The notes under the pieces: generated by a model | The model's database searches: none | The model's input: only the letters and a program-made list of their open reading frames with translations | What the model was told of the DNA's origin: nothing | Translations under genes and position numbers: made by a program | Assembly: GCA_963773555.1 (NCBI GenBank) | Contig: CAVZCB010000031.1 | Span: forward strand, 27,343-91,342 | Source: an uncultured Alphaproteobacteria bacterium | GTDB lineage: Bacteria; Pseudomonadota; Alphaproteobacteria; Rhodobacterales; Rhodobacteraceae | Direction: 5' to 3' | Length of the DNA: 64,000 nt | Shown here: positions 21,094 through 31,049 of the stretch, piece after piece | Position numbering within the stretch: position 1 is the stretch's first letter | Layout: each line of letters starts with the position of its first letter

Positions 21094-22026
21094 TCAGCCG
21101 AACACCGACCAGCCGGTGCGCCGGGCGAGAAGCTCGAGCGCGCGGGCGCCGAGTTGCGACGTGCCGTAGGCGTCGAGCCCGGGCGACCAGACGGCGATCG
21201 CGGCATGTCCCGGCGCGATGGCGAGGATGCCGCCGCCGACGCCGCTCTTGCCCGGCAGGCCGACACGGTAGGCGAAGTCGCCCGAGCCGTCGTAGTTGCC
21301 GCAGGTCAGCATCAGCGCGTTGATCCGCCGGGCGCGGGCCGGCACCACCACCCCGTGCCCGGTCAGCGGATTGCGTCCGTCCGCTGCGAGGAACAGGCCC
21401 GCGCGCGCGAGTTGGCGGCAGCTCATGGCGATGGCGCAGTGGTGGCAGTAGACCCCGAGCACCTGATCGACCGGGTGCGCCATCCGGCCGAACGAGCGGA
21501 TGAACTGCGCCAGCGCCGCGTTGCGCGCGCCGGTGGCCAGTTCCGAGCGGGCCACGGCCGCGTCGACGATGATGTCCTCGTCGTCGGCGAGAAACCGCAG
21601 GAAGCGCAGGATCTCGCCGAGCGCCTCGCGCGGGGTGTGGCCGCCGAGCACGAGGTCGGTGACGACGATGGCGCCGGCGTTGATGAACGGGTTGCGCGGC
21701 CGGCCGTTCTCGAACTCGAGCTGGACGATCGAGTTGAAGGCCGAGCCGGACGGTTCGCGGCCGACGTGGGTCCAGAGGCCCTCGCCGTGCTTGCCGAGGC
21801 CGAGGGTCAGCAGGAACACCTTCGAGATGCTCTGGATCGAGAAGGCGACATCGGCGTCGCCCGCGGCGTGGAGCTCGCCGCTTGGGGTCGCGACCGCCAT
21901 GCCGAAGCGCCGGGGATCGACGTGGGCAAGCTCGGGGATGTAGTCGGCGAGGCGTCCGGCGCCGAACTCCGGCGCGAGCTCGGCATGGATGCCATCGACG
22001 ATCGCCTGCAGATCCGGCTCGGGCAT
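21094..22026 (-). CDS. glsA: Glutaminase
   Basis: [45 protein letters not shown]. Confidence 0.95.
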   Translation of the reverse strand: MPEPDLQAIVDGIHAELAPEFGAGRLADYIPELAHVDPRRFGMAVATPSGELHAAGDADVAFSIQSISKVFLLTLGLGKHGEGLWTHVGREPSGSAFNSIVQLEFENGRPRNPFINAGAIVVTDLVLGGHTPREALGEILRFLRFLADDEDIIVDAAVARSELATGARNAALAQFIRSFGRMAHPVDQVLGVYCHHCAIAMSCRQLARAGLFLAADGRNPLTGHGVVVPARARRINALMLTCGNYDGSGDFAYRVGLPGKSGVGGGILAIAPGHAAIAVWSPGLDAYGTSQLGARALELLARRTGWSVFG

Positions 22027-22136
22027 CGCGGGTGGTCCCCTTTTCGCGTTCGCGGCCGCGCGGCCCTGTCATTGCGCCGCGGGCCATGCTACGGCGCCGG
22101 CCAGTCCCGGCATACCGTCGGGCGAGGGGAATCGCC

Positions 22137-22994
22137 ATGCCGCTGTTGAGCGCCGAAGGTCGTCGGATCGTGGAGGAAGTGGCGGCTCGCCACGGTGTCG
22201 GCGCCGCGACCGTGGAGGCGCTGCTGGTGGCGCTGGCGGAAGGCGGCGGCAACCAGGCGCAGTTCAACATCCCCGAGCTCGGCGGCATGGGCCAGTGGTC
22301 GCGCGGCGGCATGGTGATGGTCGGCGACATGTTCAACAACGGGCTGAAGGCGAAGGTCGATGCGCTGTGCAACGAGCTCGCCATGCATCTCGGCTCGGCG
22401 TTCGCGCCGGCGGCGCGCGCGCCCTCGCAGTCCCAGTCGCAGTCCCAGGGCGGCGGCGGCGGAGTCAGCCTGTTCGTATCGGGCGGCGCCGGCGGCGACT
22501 GGTGGCCGGCGGCCCTCGGCCGCCCGTCCTCGACCGGGGCGCAGAACGCGATGCGCTACGCGTTCTTTCCCGACAGCCGGCGGCTGGCGATCTCGCTCGG
22601 CGGCAAGGTCACGGTCTACGATACCGGCGACCACCGGCTCGGCGGCTTCTCGCAGCAGCAGTCGGGCGACCAGTCGCTGACGTTCACCAGTCAGCACGGG
22701 CTGGTGCAGGTCGCCGATCTGCCGGTGATCCCCGACGCCGACGCCGACGGCGACGCGGCCACGGAGCCCTCCGGGCGTCCGGCCGAGCCTGCCCCCGAAC
22801 AGCCGGCTCCGACGCCTGCGACCCAGGCGCCGGCCGCCGAGCGTCCGGTCTCAGCGCCGGCCGCCCTCGCCACGGAGGCCTCCGGAACCGACATCATCGC
22901 CCAGATCGAACGGCTGGCGGGCCTGCGCGACAAGGGTATTCTCGACGCGGACGAGTTCGCGGCCAAGAAGCGCGAGTTGCTGGCCCGGCTCTAG
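22137..22994 (+). CDS. SHOCT-domain protein
   Basis: AQFNIPELGGMGQW, GAQNAMRYAFF, low-complexity linker, C-terminal IERLAGLRDKGILDADEFAAKKRELL. Confidence 0.82.
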   Translation: MPLLSAEGRRIVEEVAARHGVGAATVEALLVALAEGGGNQAQFNIPELGGMGQWSRGGMVMVGDMFNNGLKAKVDALCNELAMHLGSAFAPAARAPSQSQSQSQGGGGGVSLFVSGGAGGDWWPAALGRPSSTGAQNAMRYAFFPDSRRLAISLGGKVTVYDTGDHRLGGFSQQQSGDQSLTFTSQHGLVQVADLPVIPDADADGDAATEPSGRPAEPAPEQPAPTPATQAPAAERPVSAPAALATEASGTDIIAQIERLAGLRDKGILDADEFAAKKRELLARL

Positions 22995-25386
22995 CCGCGC
23001 AGGCTGCCGCCGGTCGCCCTGGCGACGGCGGCGATCACCCGCCCCGACACCGCCTCGATCTCGGGTTCGGTCAGGGTCGCCGTGGTCGGTTGCAGCCGCA
23101 CGGCGATGGCGAGCGACTTCTTGCCCGCGCCCATCTGCGCCTCGGCCTTCGGGCCGGCGAACACGTCGAACACGCTCACCGCCTCGATCAGCGTCTTGTC
23201 GGCGGAGCGGGCGGCCTTCAGCACGGCCTCGGCCTCGACGTCCGCGTCGAGCACGAAGGCGAAGTCGCGCTCGACCGGCTGCAGGTCGGAGACCACCAGC
23301 GGCGGGCGGGTGGTGCTGCGGGCCTTCGGGAACGGCAGCGCCTCGAGCCGCAGGGTGAAGGCGACCGCCGGGCCCTTGACGTCGAGCGCCTGCAGCACGC
23401 GGGGATGCAGTTCGCCGAACGCCGCCAGCGGGTTCTTCGGGCCGAGCGACAGCACCGCCGACCGGCCGGGGTGGAACCAGTCGGGCGCAGTGCGCATCAC
23501 CATCAGCGCGGCCGGCGCGCCGATGGCGGCGAGGGCCGCCTCGGCGTCGGCGCGGGCGTCCCAGAGATCGACCGGCCGGCGACTGCCGTGCGGGTCGCGC
23601 GGGCCGCTCGCCCCGATCCTGAGCCCGGTCGCCAGCAGCACCTGCTCGCCCGGCTCGCCGCCGGTGAAGGCGTGGCCGACCTCGAACAGCGCCAGATCGG
23701 CGAAGCCGCGCGCCTGGTTGCGGGCCGCGGCGCGCAGCAGGCCCGGCAGCAGGTCCGGGCGCATGTGGCTCATCTCGGAGCTGATCGGGTTCTCCAGCCG
23801 CAACGCGTCGTCGGCGCCGCCGAACAATGCGGCGGCGGCGCTTTCGATGAAGCTGTAGGTCACGCACTCGTTGAACCCGAGTGCGGCCATCCGCCGCCGC
23901 GCCTGGCCCTCGCGGCGCTGCATCGGGGTCAGGATCGGCTTCGACACGCCGGCGGGACGCACCAGCGGCTGCGATTCGAGCCTGCTCAGCGAGGCGACCC
24001 GGGCGATCTCCTCGACCAGATCCGCCTCGCCCTGCACGTCCGGGCGCCACGACGGCACGGCCACCTCCGACCCGTCGACCCTGAACCCGAGCGCGGTGAG
24101 GATGCGCACCTGCTCGGCGTCGGGGATCTCCATGCCGACCAGCCGCACCACCCGCGCCGGGTCGAAGCGGTAGCTGCGCGCGGTGTCCGGCACGGCGCCC
24201 GCGGTCTCGACCTCGGAGGCCTCGCCGCCGCAGAGATCGAGGATCATCCGCGTGGCGAGCTCCATGCCCGTCGGCGTGAACGCCGGATCGACGCCGCGCT
24301 CGAAGCGGTAGCGCGCGTCGGAGTTGATCTTCAGCCGCCGGCCGGTGCGCGCGGTGCGGACCGGATCGAAGTAGGCCGCCTCGACGAAAACATCGGTCGT
24401 CTCCCCGGTGCAGCCCGAGCGCATCCCGCCCATCACGCCGCCGATCGATTCCGGCCCGTTGGCGTCGCAGACCAGCGTCTCCGAGCCGTCGAAGGCATAG
24501 TCCCTGCCGTCGAGCGCGGTGATCTTCTCGCCCGGCCGCGCCAGCCGCACGGTGATCGGCCCGTGCACCCTGGCCGCGTCGAACACGTGCAGCGGCCGGC
24601 CGCGGTCGATGGTGACGTAGTTGGTGATGTCGACCAGCGCCGAGATCGGCCGCAGCCCGATCGCGCGCAGCCGGTCCTGCAGCCACTGCGGCGAGGGGCC
24701 GTTGCGCACGCCGCGCACCAGCCGCCCGACGAACAGCGGGCAGGCCTCGCTCGCCACGTCGGGCGCGAGATAGACCGCGACCGGGCAGGGGAAGCCGCCG
24801 GCCACCGCCGCGACGGGCGGGTGTCTTCAACGTGCCGAGCCCGCGCGCGGCGAGGTCGCGGGCGATCCCCGCCACGCCGAGCGCGTCGGGCCGGTTCGGG
24901 GTGATGGCGACGTCGATCACCGGATCGAACGGCACCACGTCGATGTAGCGCGCCCCCACGGCCGCGTCGGGGGCGAGTTCGACGATGCCGGAGTGTTCGT
25001 CCGACAGCTCCATCTCGCGCTCGGACAGCATCATGCCGTGGCTCTCGACGCCGCGGATCCGGCCGACCTTGATCGTGGTGTCGATGCCGGGGATGTAGCT
25101 GCCCGGTGCGGCGATCACCACCTTGATGCCGGCGCGCGCGTTCGGGGCGCCGCAGACGATCTGCTTCTCGCCATCCGCCGTCGCCACCCGGCAGACCCGC
25201 AGCTTGTCGGCGTCGGGATGCGGGTGCGCCTCCAGCACCTCGCCGACGGTGAAGGCGGCCAGCCGCTCGGCCGGGTTGCGTCACGCCCTCGACCTCGAGC
25301 CCCAGGTCGGTCAGGGCGAAGGTGATCTCCTCGAGCGTGGCGGTCGTCTCGAGGTGGTCCTTGAGCCAGGCGAGGGTGAACTTCAT
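22991..25386 (-). CDS. pheT: Phenylalanyl-tRNA synthetase beta subunit with two +1 frameshifts (~25278, ~24820)
   Basis: [12 protein letters not shown]; [17 protein letters not shown]; [10 protein letters not shown]; RFERGVD; [11 protein letters not shown]; ERDFAFV; pieces in three frames. Confidence 0.93.
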
Positions 25387-25480
25387 CGGGGCCGGTCCTG
25401 CGGGCGTGGGGTCGCCGGCGGATCTAGGCCAAGGCGGAGCGGAGGGAAAGCCCCGATGCGCTGAAGGCGGGCGGCGGCGG

Positions 25481-25783
25481 GCTTCGCCATGCTCGCCTGC
25501 CGTCGGGCCGCAACGGCGCCGCATTCACTTCGCGGATTTGTCCGTCGACAAATCCGCGCGCGCCTGCCTGCCCGTCACGCCAGAGGCGTGCCTGCGGCAC
25601 GACGGCAGGCGCAATTCCGCGCCCACCGCAGGCAGGCGCGCGCGGATTGCCGGCCGATGGTTCCGGCCGCGCCCCCTTGGCCTCCGCGTTCGCGCGCTCC
25701 AGCCGACGATCCGGCGCGACGCAATGCGTCGCTTGTGCCGGTTCGGAAGGCGGCGCCGCACGGCTATCGGTTCAGCCAATCCC
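25481..25783 (+). repeat. Structured dispersed repeat, copy 1
   Basis: Aligns by eye with reverse complement of 46849-47121; perfect 12-bp and 21-bp inverted repeats. Confidence 0.85.
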
Positions 25784-25786
25784 GGC

Positions 25787-26182
25787 TCAGCGGTATCGGC
25801 CGTGGCGCTGCAGGACCTCGATCCTGTAGCCGTCCGGGTCCTGGAGGAAGAAGAAGCGGGCCATGAGCGCGCCGTCGCGGTGGAACTCCCGGACCGGTTC
25901 GGGGGCGAGGCCGGCGGCGGCGAGGCGGGCGTGCTCGCCGTCGAGGTCGTCGGTGACGAAGGCGATGTGGCCGTAGCCGTCGCCGAGGGCATAGCGGTCG
26001 GTGCGGCCCTTGTTCACCGTGAGCTCGATCTCGAAGTCGACCTCCGGGTTGCGGAGGTAGACCAGGGTGAAGTCGTCGAAATCGAACCGGTCGGCCACGT
26101 CGAGGCCGAAGGCCCGGCGATAGAAACCGGTGGACCGCGCCTCGTCGAGGACACGGATCATCATGTGGATCGCCTTCGCCAT
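25787..26182 (-). CDS. VOC family (lactoylglutathione lyase-like) protein
   Basis: HMMIRV, IELTVN, GDGYGHIAF, FLQDPDGYRIEV. Confidence 0.9.
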   Translation of the reverse strand: MAKAIHMMIRVLDEARSTGFYRRAFGLDVADRFDFDDFTLVYLRNPEVDFEIELTVNKGRTDRYALGDGYGHIAFVTDDLDGEHARLAAAGLAPEPVREFHRDGALMARFFFLQDPDGYRIEVLQRHGRYR

Positions 26183-26212
26183 CAGGCCGGAACCGTCACC
26201 GGGGGGGCGCCA

Positions 26213-26596
26213 TCAGACCTGCGAATCCCTGTCGGCGCGCGGGTTGAGCACGAAGGCCCTGGGCGCGGTCTCGTGATAGCTGGTGCCGAACCCCTTGAGG
26301 ATCTCGCGCGAGTCGGCGTCCGGGTCGCCGAAGCAGCGGCAGGTGATGTTCTGGCAGGCGCCGACCACCGCGCCGAGCGGGGCCTTGCCCTTCTCGTTGT
26401 CGAGGTGCGCCCGGAAGGCGGCGTCGTTGGCGTAGATCTCGGTCCACTCGCTGACCGCCTCGGCGGGATACTCGGCGTGATAGGTGATGACGCCGGGATG
26501 CGCGAGCATCACTTCGCAGAGCGTCTCCTGGTTGGCGCGGAACTCCGCGACCTTGTCGGGCGCGATCTCCCAGCGGATTTTGAGCATGAAGGCCAT
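26213..26596 (-). CDS. Hypothetical protein, ABM (dimeric alpha/beta barrel)-like
   Basis: HPGVITY...WTEIYANDAAFRAHL pattern; GGGAG RBS. Confidence 0.6.
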   Translation of the reverse strand: MAFMLKIRWEIAPDKVAEFRANQETLCEVMLAHPGVITYHAEYPAEAVSEWTEIYANDAAFRAHLDNEKGKAPLGAVVGACQNITCRCFGDPDADSREILKGFGTSYHETAPRAFVLNPRADRDSQV

Positions 26597-26809
26597 GCGG
26601 TCGTTCTCCCCGTTTTATGGCGCAAAACCTGCCGCAAGCCGGCGGCTTTGGCAACCGGATCGTGCGGGCAGGGCGGCGCGGGGGCCGGAGTCGTGCGGGC
26701 GTGGATGCGCGACGGCTCCGGCGGCGGCCTTTGCCCTTGCCGCAGCGCACCATGCGGCGCTATTGTCCGGCCGTCGCGGCGCGAACGGCGCCTCCGGGGG
26801 AGAAGCGCG

Positions 26810-27889
26810 TTGAACAGGTCCGCCGCGGCTGCACGGCCGCTCAATCTCGCATTGCAGGGGGGCGGCTCGCATGGGGCGCTGACCTGGGGGGTGCTCGACC
26901 GGCTGCTCGAGGACGAGCGGGTCGAGATCGTCGAGACCAGCGGCACCAGCGCGGGCGCGATGAACGCAGTGGTGCTCGCCGACGGCCATGCCCGGGGCGG
27001 CCGCGAGGGAGCCCGCGAGGCGCTGGCGGTGTTCTGGAAGGCGGTGAGCGATGCGGCGCGTTTCTCGCCGGCGCAGCGGACCTGGTGGGACCGGATGACG
27101 GGACGTTACAGTCTCGACCGCTCGCCGGGTTTTCTGATGATGGAGGGGATCGGGCGGCTGTTCTCGCCCTACGAGCTCAACCCGTTCGACGTGAACCCGC
27201 TGCGCGACCTGCTGGTGGCGCAGGTGGATTTCGGGCGGGTGAATGCGCCGGGCGGCATCGTCAGCCACATCAATGCCACCAACGTCCGGTCCGGACTGCC
27301 GCGGGTGTTCGACACCGGCGAGATCACCGCCGACGCGGTGCTGGCCTCGGCCTGCCTGCCGCAGATGTACAAGGCCGTGGAAATCCACGGCGAGGCCTAC
27401 TGGGATGGCGGGTTCTCGGCCAACCCCGCGCTCTACCCGCTGGTCGCCAGCGCCGCGAGCCCCGACATCGTGATCGTGCAGATCAATCCGTTCCACCGGC
27501 AGGCGCTGCCGCGCACCGCGCGCGACATCATCAACCGGGCGAACGAGATCAGCTTCAACACCAGCCTGATCAAGGAGCTGCGGACGCTGGCGCTGGTGCA
27601 GAAGGCGGCCGGGGCGGCGGGGGGCGACCTGGGGGCGGCCGCGGCCGACCGGGTGTTCCTCCACATGGTGCACGTGGACGAGGAGGTGCAGGATCTGGCG
27701 GCATCGAGCAAGCTCAACGCCGAGTGGGGCTACCTGCGGGAACTGTTCGAGCGCGGGCGGCGCTGGGCCGACCTCTGGCTGCGCGACAACTTCGACAGCA
27801 TCGGCCGGGCTTCGACCTTCGATGTCCAAGAGCTGTTCGAGGCGCCCAACAAGCGGCCCGCGGAACTGCCGCCGGCGCTGGAGCCCTGA
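26810..27889 (+). CDS. Patatin-like phospholipase
   Basis: LALQGGGSHGA, GTSAG, ASACLP, YWDGG; start uncertain (TTG 26810). Confidence 0.9.
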   Translation: MNRSAAAARPLNLALQGGGSHGALTWGVLDRLLEDERVEIVETSGTSAGAMNAVVLADGHARGGREGAREALAVFWKAVSDAARFSPAQRTWWDRMTGRYSLDRSPGFLMMEGIGRLFSPYELNPFDVNPLRDLLVAQVDFGRVNAPGGIVSHINATNVRSGLPRVFDTGEITADAVLASACLPQMYKAVEIHGEAYWDGGFSANPALYPLVASAASPDIVIVQINPFHRQALPRTARDIINRANEISFNTSLIKELRTLALVQKAAGAAGGDLGAAAADRVFLHMVHVDEEVQDLAASSKLNAEWGYLRELFERGRRWADLWLRDNFDSIGRASTFDVQELFEAPNKRPAELPPALEP

Positions 27890-27984
27890 GGGGCCGTGGG
27901 CGGCGCCGGCGCGGCTGCCGGCTGGACGCCGGCAGCGTGGGTCGGGCAGGCAGGGCGGACGCGCGGGATCCGCCCGACGAACGC

Positions 27985-28257
27985 CTACATCTTGTGGATT
28001 TCCTTCATGGCGTCGGTGAGCAACTGGTCGGGATTCGACGCGCACTGGGTATTCAGCGCGGTGGCGATATCCTGAGAGCTCATTTCTTGGCTGCTGGACA
28101 TTTCCGCGTTCACCGCCTGCAGGTCGGCCATCAGTCCCATCTTGCCCGCGTTGTCCATCGCCGAATATTCCGAGCAGACCATGGTCGCGGCGTCCTGCGC
28201 GAAGGCCGGAACGATGAATGCCGTCGCCAGGATCGCGGCCAGACCGATCGATTTCAT
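27985..28257 (-). CDS. HdeA/HdeB-like periplasmic protein
   Basis: Signal peptide, TMVCSEY and TQCASNPDQ two-Cys pattern, 90 aa. Confidence 0.6.
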   Translation of the reverse strand: MKSIGLAAILATAFIVPAFAQDAATMVCSEYSAMDNAGKMGLMADLQAVNAEMSSSQEMSSQDIATALNTQCASNPDQLLTDAMKEIHKM

Positions 28258-28433
28258 AGGATTTCCCCCGTGTTGATCGCCGCAGGGTTGCGGCACGGCG
28301 GACACTAGCAGGCTTCGCCGCACCTGTCTCGCGGCTTGTCCGTGCCGGCAGGGGATCCGGCAGGGGGAGCCACCCTTGCTCCGCTCAACGTTCACGGCTA
28401 TGCGGAAACGGACAGCAACCCGTGGAACCGCCG

Positions 28434-29285
28434 ATGACCGCCAGCGACCCGCAGCTTCTGGTCTCGACCGACTGGCTGGCCGCGCACCTGAGCGCGCCGG
28501 ACCTGCGCATTCTCGACGCCGGCTGGCACATGCCGGCGGCCGGCCGCGACCCGCGCGCCGAGTTCGAGGCGGCGCACATCCCCGGCGCGCGGTTCTTCGA
28601 CATCGACGATGTCTCGGACGAACGCTCGAGCCTGCCGCACATGGCGCCGCCGGTGGAGAAGTTCGTGACCCGGATGCGCGGCCTGGGCATCGGCGACGGC
28701 CACCGGGTGGTGATCTACGATTCCGTGGGCGTTTTCAGCGCGCCGCGGGTCTGGTGGCTCTTCCGCCTGTTCGGCAAGCGCGACGTGGCCGTGCTCGACG
28801 GCGGCCTGCCGAAGTGGCGGGCCGAGGGCCGGCCGGTCGAGGACGGCGTGCCGATCCTGCGCGACCGGCACTTCACCGCCCGGCGCGACGCCGGCCTGGT
28901 GCGCGACGTCACCCAGGTCGCGCGCTCCGCCAAGCTCGGCGATGCCCAGATCGTCGATGCCCGCTCGGCCTCGCGGTTTCGCGGCGATGAGCCCGAGCCG
29001 CGGCCGGGCCTGCGTTCCGGCCACATTCCCGGCTCGATGAACGTGCCGTGGACCGAGCTTCTGAACGCCGACGGCACGATGAAGACCGACCGGGAGCTTC
29101 GCGCCGCCTTCGAGGCTGGCGGCGTGAACGTCGACAAGCCGGTGGTCACCACCTGCGGCTCGGGCATCTCGGCGGCGATCCTCAGCCTCGCGCTCGAACG
29201 GCTCGGCAACCGGAGCCATGCGCTTTACGACGGCTCGTGGACCGAATGGGGCGCCTATCCCGACCTCGAGGTCGAGAAGGGATGA
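28434..29285 (+). CDS. sseA: 3-mercaptopyruvate sulfurtransferase
   Basis: LVSTDWL, HIPGA, RVWW, GHIPGS, CGSGISA, YDGSWTEW. Confidence 0.93.
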   Translation: MTASDPQLLVSTDWLAAHLSAPDLRILDAGWHMPAAGRDPRAEFEAAHIPGARFFDIDDVSDERSSLPHMAPPVEKFVTRMRGLGIGDGHRVVIYDSVGVFSAPRVWWLFRLFGKRDVAVLDGGLPKWRAEGRPVEDGVPILRDRHFTARRDAGLVRDVTQVARSAKLGDAQIVDARSASRFRGDEPEPRPGLRSGHIPGSMNVPWTELLNADGTMKTDRELRAAFEAGGVNVDKPVVTTCGSGISAAILSLALERLGNRSHALYDGSWTEWGAYPDLEVEKG

Positions 29286-29839
29286 AACGCCGGACCGGAG
29301 AGCGGGTCGAGGTGGCGATCACCTACCTCCAGATGGATGCGCGCCCGGGCTATCCGCGCCCGCACCTGCCGACCGGCCGGGTCGCCGCGCTGATCGGCGC
29401 CGACCGTCCGCCGGTCTGGTACTTCCTCGATCTCTACGACGCGGTGGGCCGGGACTACGACTGGAGCGACCAGCACGAGCGCCCCGAGGAGGAGGTCGCG
29501 GCCTTCCTGCACGATCCCGCCGTGACGCTCTACAGCTTCATGCGCGACGGCTGGCCGCACGGGTTCTTCGTGCTCGACGGCCGCGCGGAAGGGGTCTGCG
29601 ATCTCGCCTACCTGGGCCTGGTGCCGGAGGCGATCGGCCGCGGTCTCGGCACGTTCCTGCTGCAAACCGCGGTTCACATGGCCTGGGACCGGCCCGGCAC
29701 GACGCGGGTCACGGTCAACACCAACTCGCTCGATCACCCGCGCGCGCTGCCGCTCTACCAGAAGGCTGGGTTCGCGCCTGTGCGCCGCGAAACCCGCCAG
29801 CGGACGCTCGGCCATGACCGGGACACCATCGACGCCTGA
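29282..29839 (+). CDS. GNAT family acetyltransferase
   Basis: ITYLQM, YLGLVPEAIGRGLG, TNSLDHPRALPLYQKAGF. Confidence 0.85.
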   Translation: MKRRTGERVEVAITYLQMDARPGYPRPHLPTGRVAALIGADRPPVWYFLDLYDAVGRDYDWSDQHERPEEEVAAFLHDPAVTLYSFMRDGWPHGFFVLDGRAEGVCDLAYLGLVPEAIGRGLGTFLLQTAVHMAWDRPGTTRVTVNTNSLDHPRALPLYQKAGFAPVRRETRQRTLGHDRDTIDA

Positions 29840-29864
29840 CATCACCGACCGGGAAGGGGGACCC

Positions 29865-31049
29865 ATGTTCGAGACGCTGAAGCCGACGCCGCCCGACAAG
29901 ATCATCGAGCTTCTCGGCCTCTACAAGGCCGATCCGCGCACCGACAAGGTCGATCTCGGCGTCGGCGTCTACAAGGACGCCCACGGCAACACCCCGGTGA
30001 TGCGCGCGGTGAAGGCCGCCGAGACCCGGCTGCTGAAGGAGCAGGACACCAAGGCCTACGTCGGGGTCCTGGGCGATCTGGCGTTCGTCGACGCGCTCGC
30101 CGATCTGGCGCTGGGGGATTCGGTGCCGCGCGAGCGGTTGAGCGGCGCCCAGACGCCCGGCGGCACCGGCGCGATCCGCCAGCTGCTGGAACTGATCCGG
30201 CGCGCGGCGCCCGAGGCCACGGTGTGGCACTCGGACCCGACCTGGCCGAACCACCCGGCGATCCTCGGCTACCTCGGGATCCCGGTCCGCACCTATCGCT
30301 ACTTCGACGCGAAGACCCGCGGCGTCGATTTCGCCGGCATGATGGCCGATCTCAACGAAATGAAGCCGGGCGACGTGCTGCTGCTGCACGGCTGCTGCCA
30401 CAACCCCACCGGCGCCAACCTCGATCTCGACCAGTGGCGTGAACTGACCGGCTTCGTGACCGCGAACGGGGTCGTCCCGATGATCGACCTCGCCTACCAG
30501 GGCTTCGGCGACGGGCTGGAGGCCGACGTCGCCGGTCTGCGCCACATGGCCGGCGAGGTGCCAGAGATGATGCTCGCGGTCAGCTGCTCTAAGAACTTCG
30601 GCCTCTACCGCGACCGGGTCGGCGCGGCCTTCGTCGTATCCGCCGACAAGGCGGCGAGCGACGTAACCCGCTCCAACCTGTTCTCGCTCAACCGCCTCAA
30701 CTTCTCGTTCCCCCCCGACCACGGCGCCAAGGTGGTGTCGATCATCCTGTCCGATCCCGAACTGAAGGACGACTGGATGGCGGAACTCGAGGAGATGCGG
30801 CTCGGAATGCTCGACCTGCGCCGCGGCCTCGCCGACGCGCTGCGCCGCGAGACCAACTCCGACCGCTTCGATTTCGTGGCCGAGCACCGCGGCATGTTCT
30901 CTCGCCTCGGCGCCACCCCCGAGCAGGTCGCGGCCCTGCGCAAGGACCATGGCATCTACATGGTCGGCGACAGCCGGGTGAACATCGCGGGCCTGCCGGC
31001 GGACGGGCTCGAGAAGCTGGCGAGGGCGATGGTGGCCGTCGGCGCCTGA
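29865..31049 (+). CDS. tyrB: Aromatic amino acid/aspartate aminotransferase
   Basis: DLGVGVYKD, QTPGGTGA, HGCCHNPTG, SCSKNFGLYRDRVG. Confidence 0.88.
   Translation: MFETLKPTPPDKIIELLGLYKADPRTDKVDLGVGVYKDAHGNTPVMRAVKAAETRLLKEQDTKAYVGVLGDLAFVDALADLALGDSVPRERLSGAQTPGGTGAIRQLLELIRRAAPEATVWHSDPTWPNHPAILGYLGIPVRTYRYFDAKTRGVDFAGMMADLNEMKPGDVLLLHGCCHNPTGANLDLDQWRELTGFVTANGVVPMIDLAYQGFGDGLEADVAGLRHMAGEVPEMMLAVSCSKNFGLYRDRVGAAFVVSADKAASDVTRSNLFSLNRLNFSFPPDHGAKVVSIILSDPELKDDWMAELEEMRLGMLDLRRGLADALRRETNSDRFDFVAEHRGMFSRLGATPEQVAALRKDHGIYMVGDSRVNIAGLPADGLEKLARAMVAVGA

Noticed and set aside
22425-22460. SQSQSQSQGGGGG repeat in the SHOCT protein as a phase-variable tract
   Set aside because: In-frame low-complexity linker with mixed codons.
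22991-25386. pheT or pdxH as true pseudogenes or programmed frameshifts
   Set aside because: No slippery motifs, no other decay, pheT is essential; assembly error is more parsimonious.
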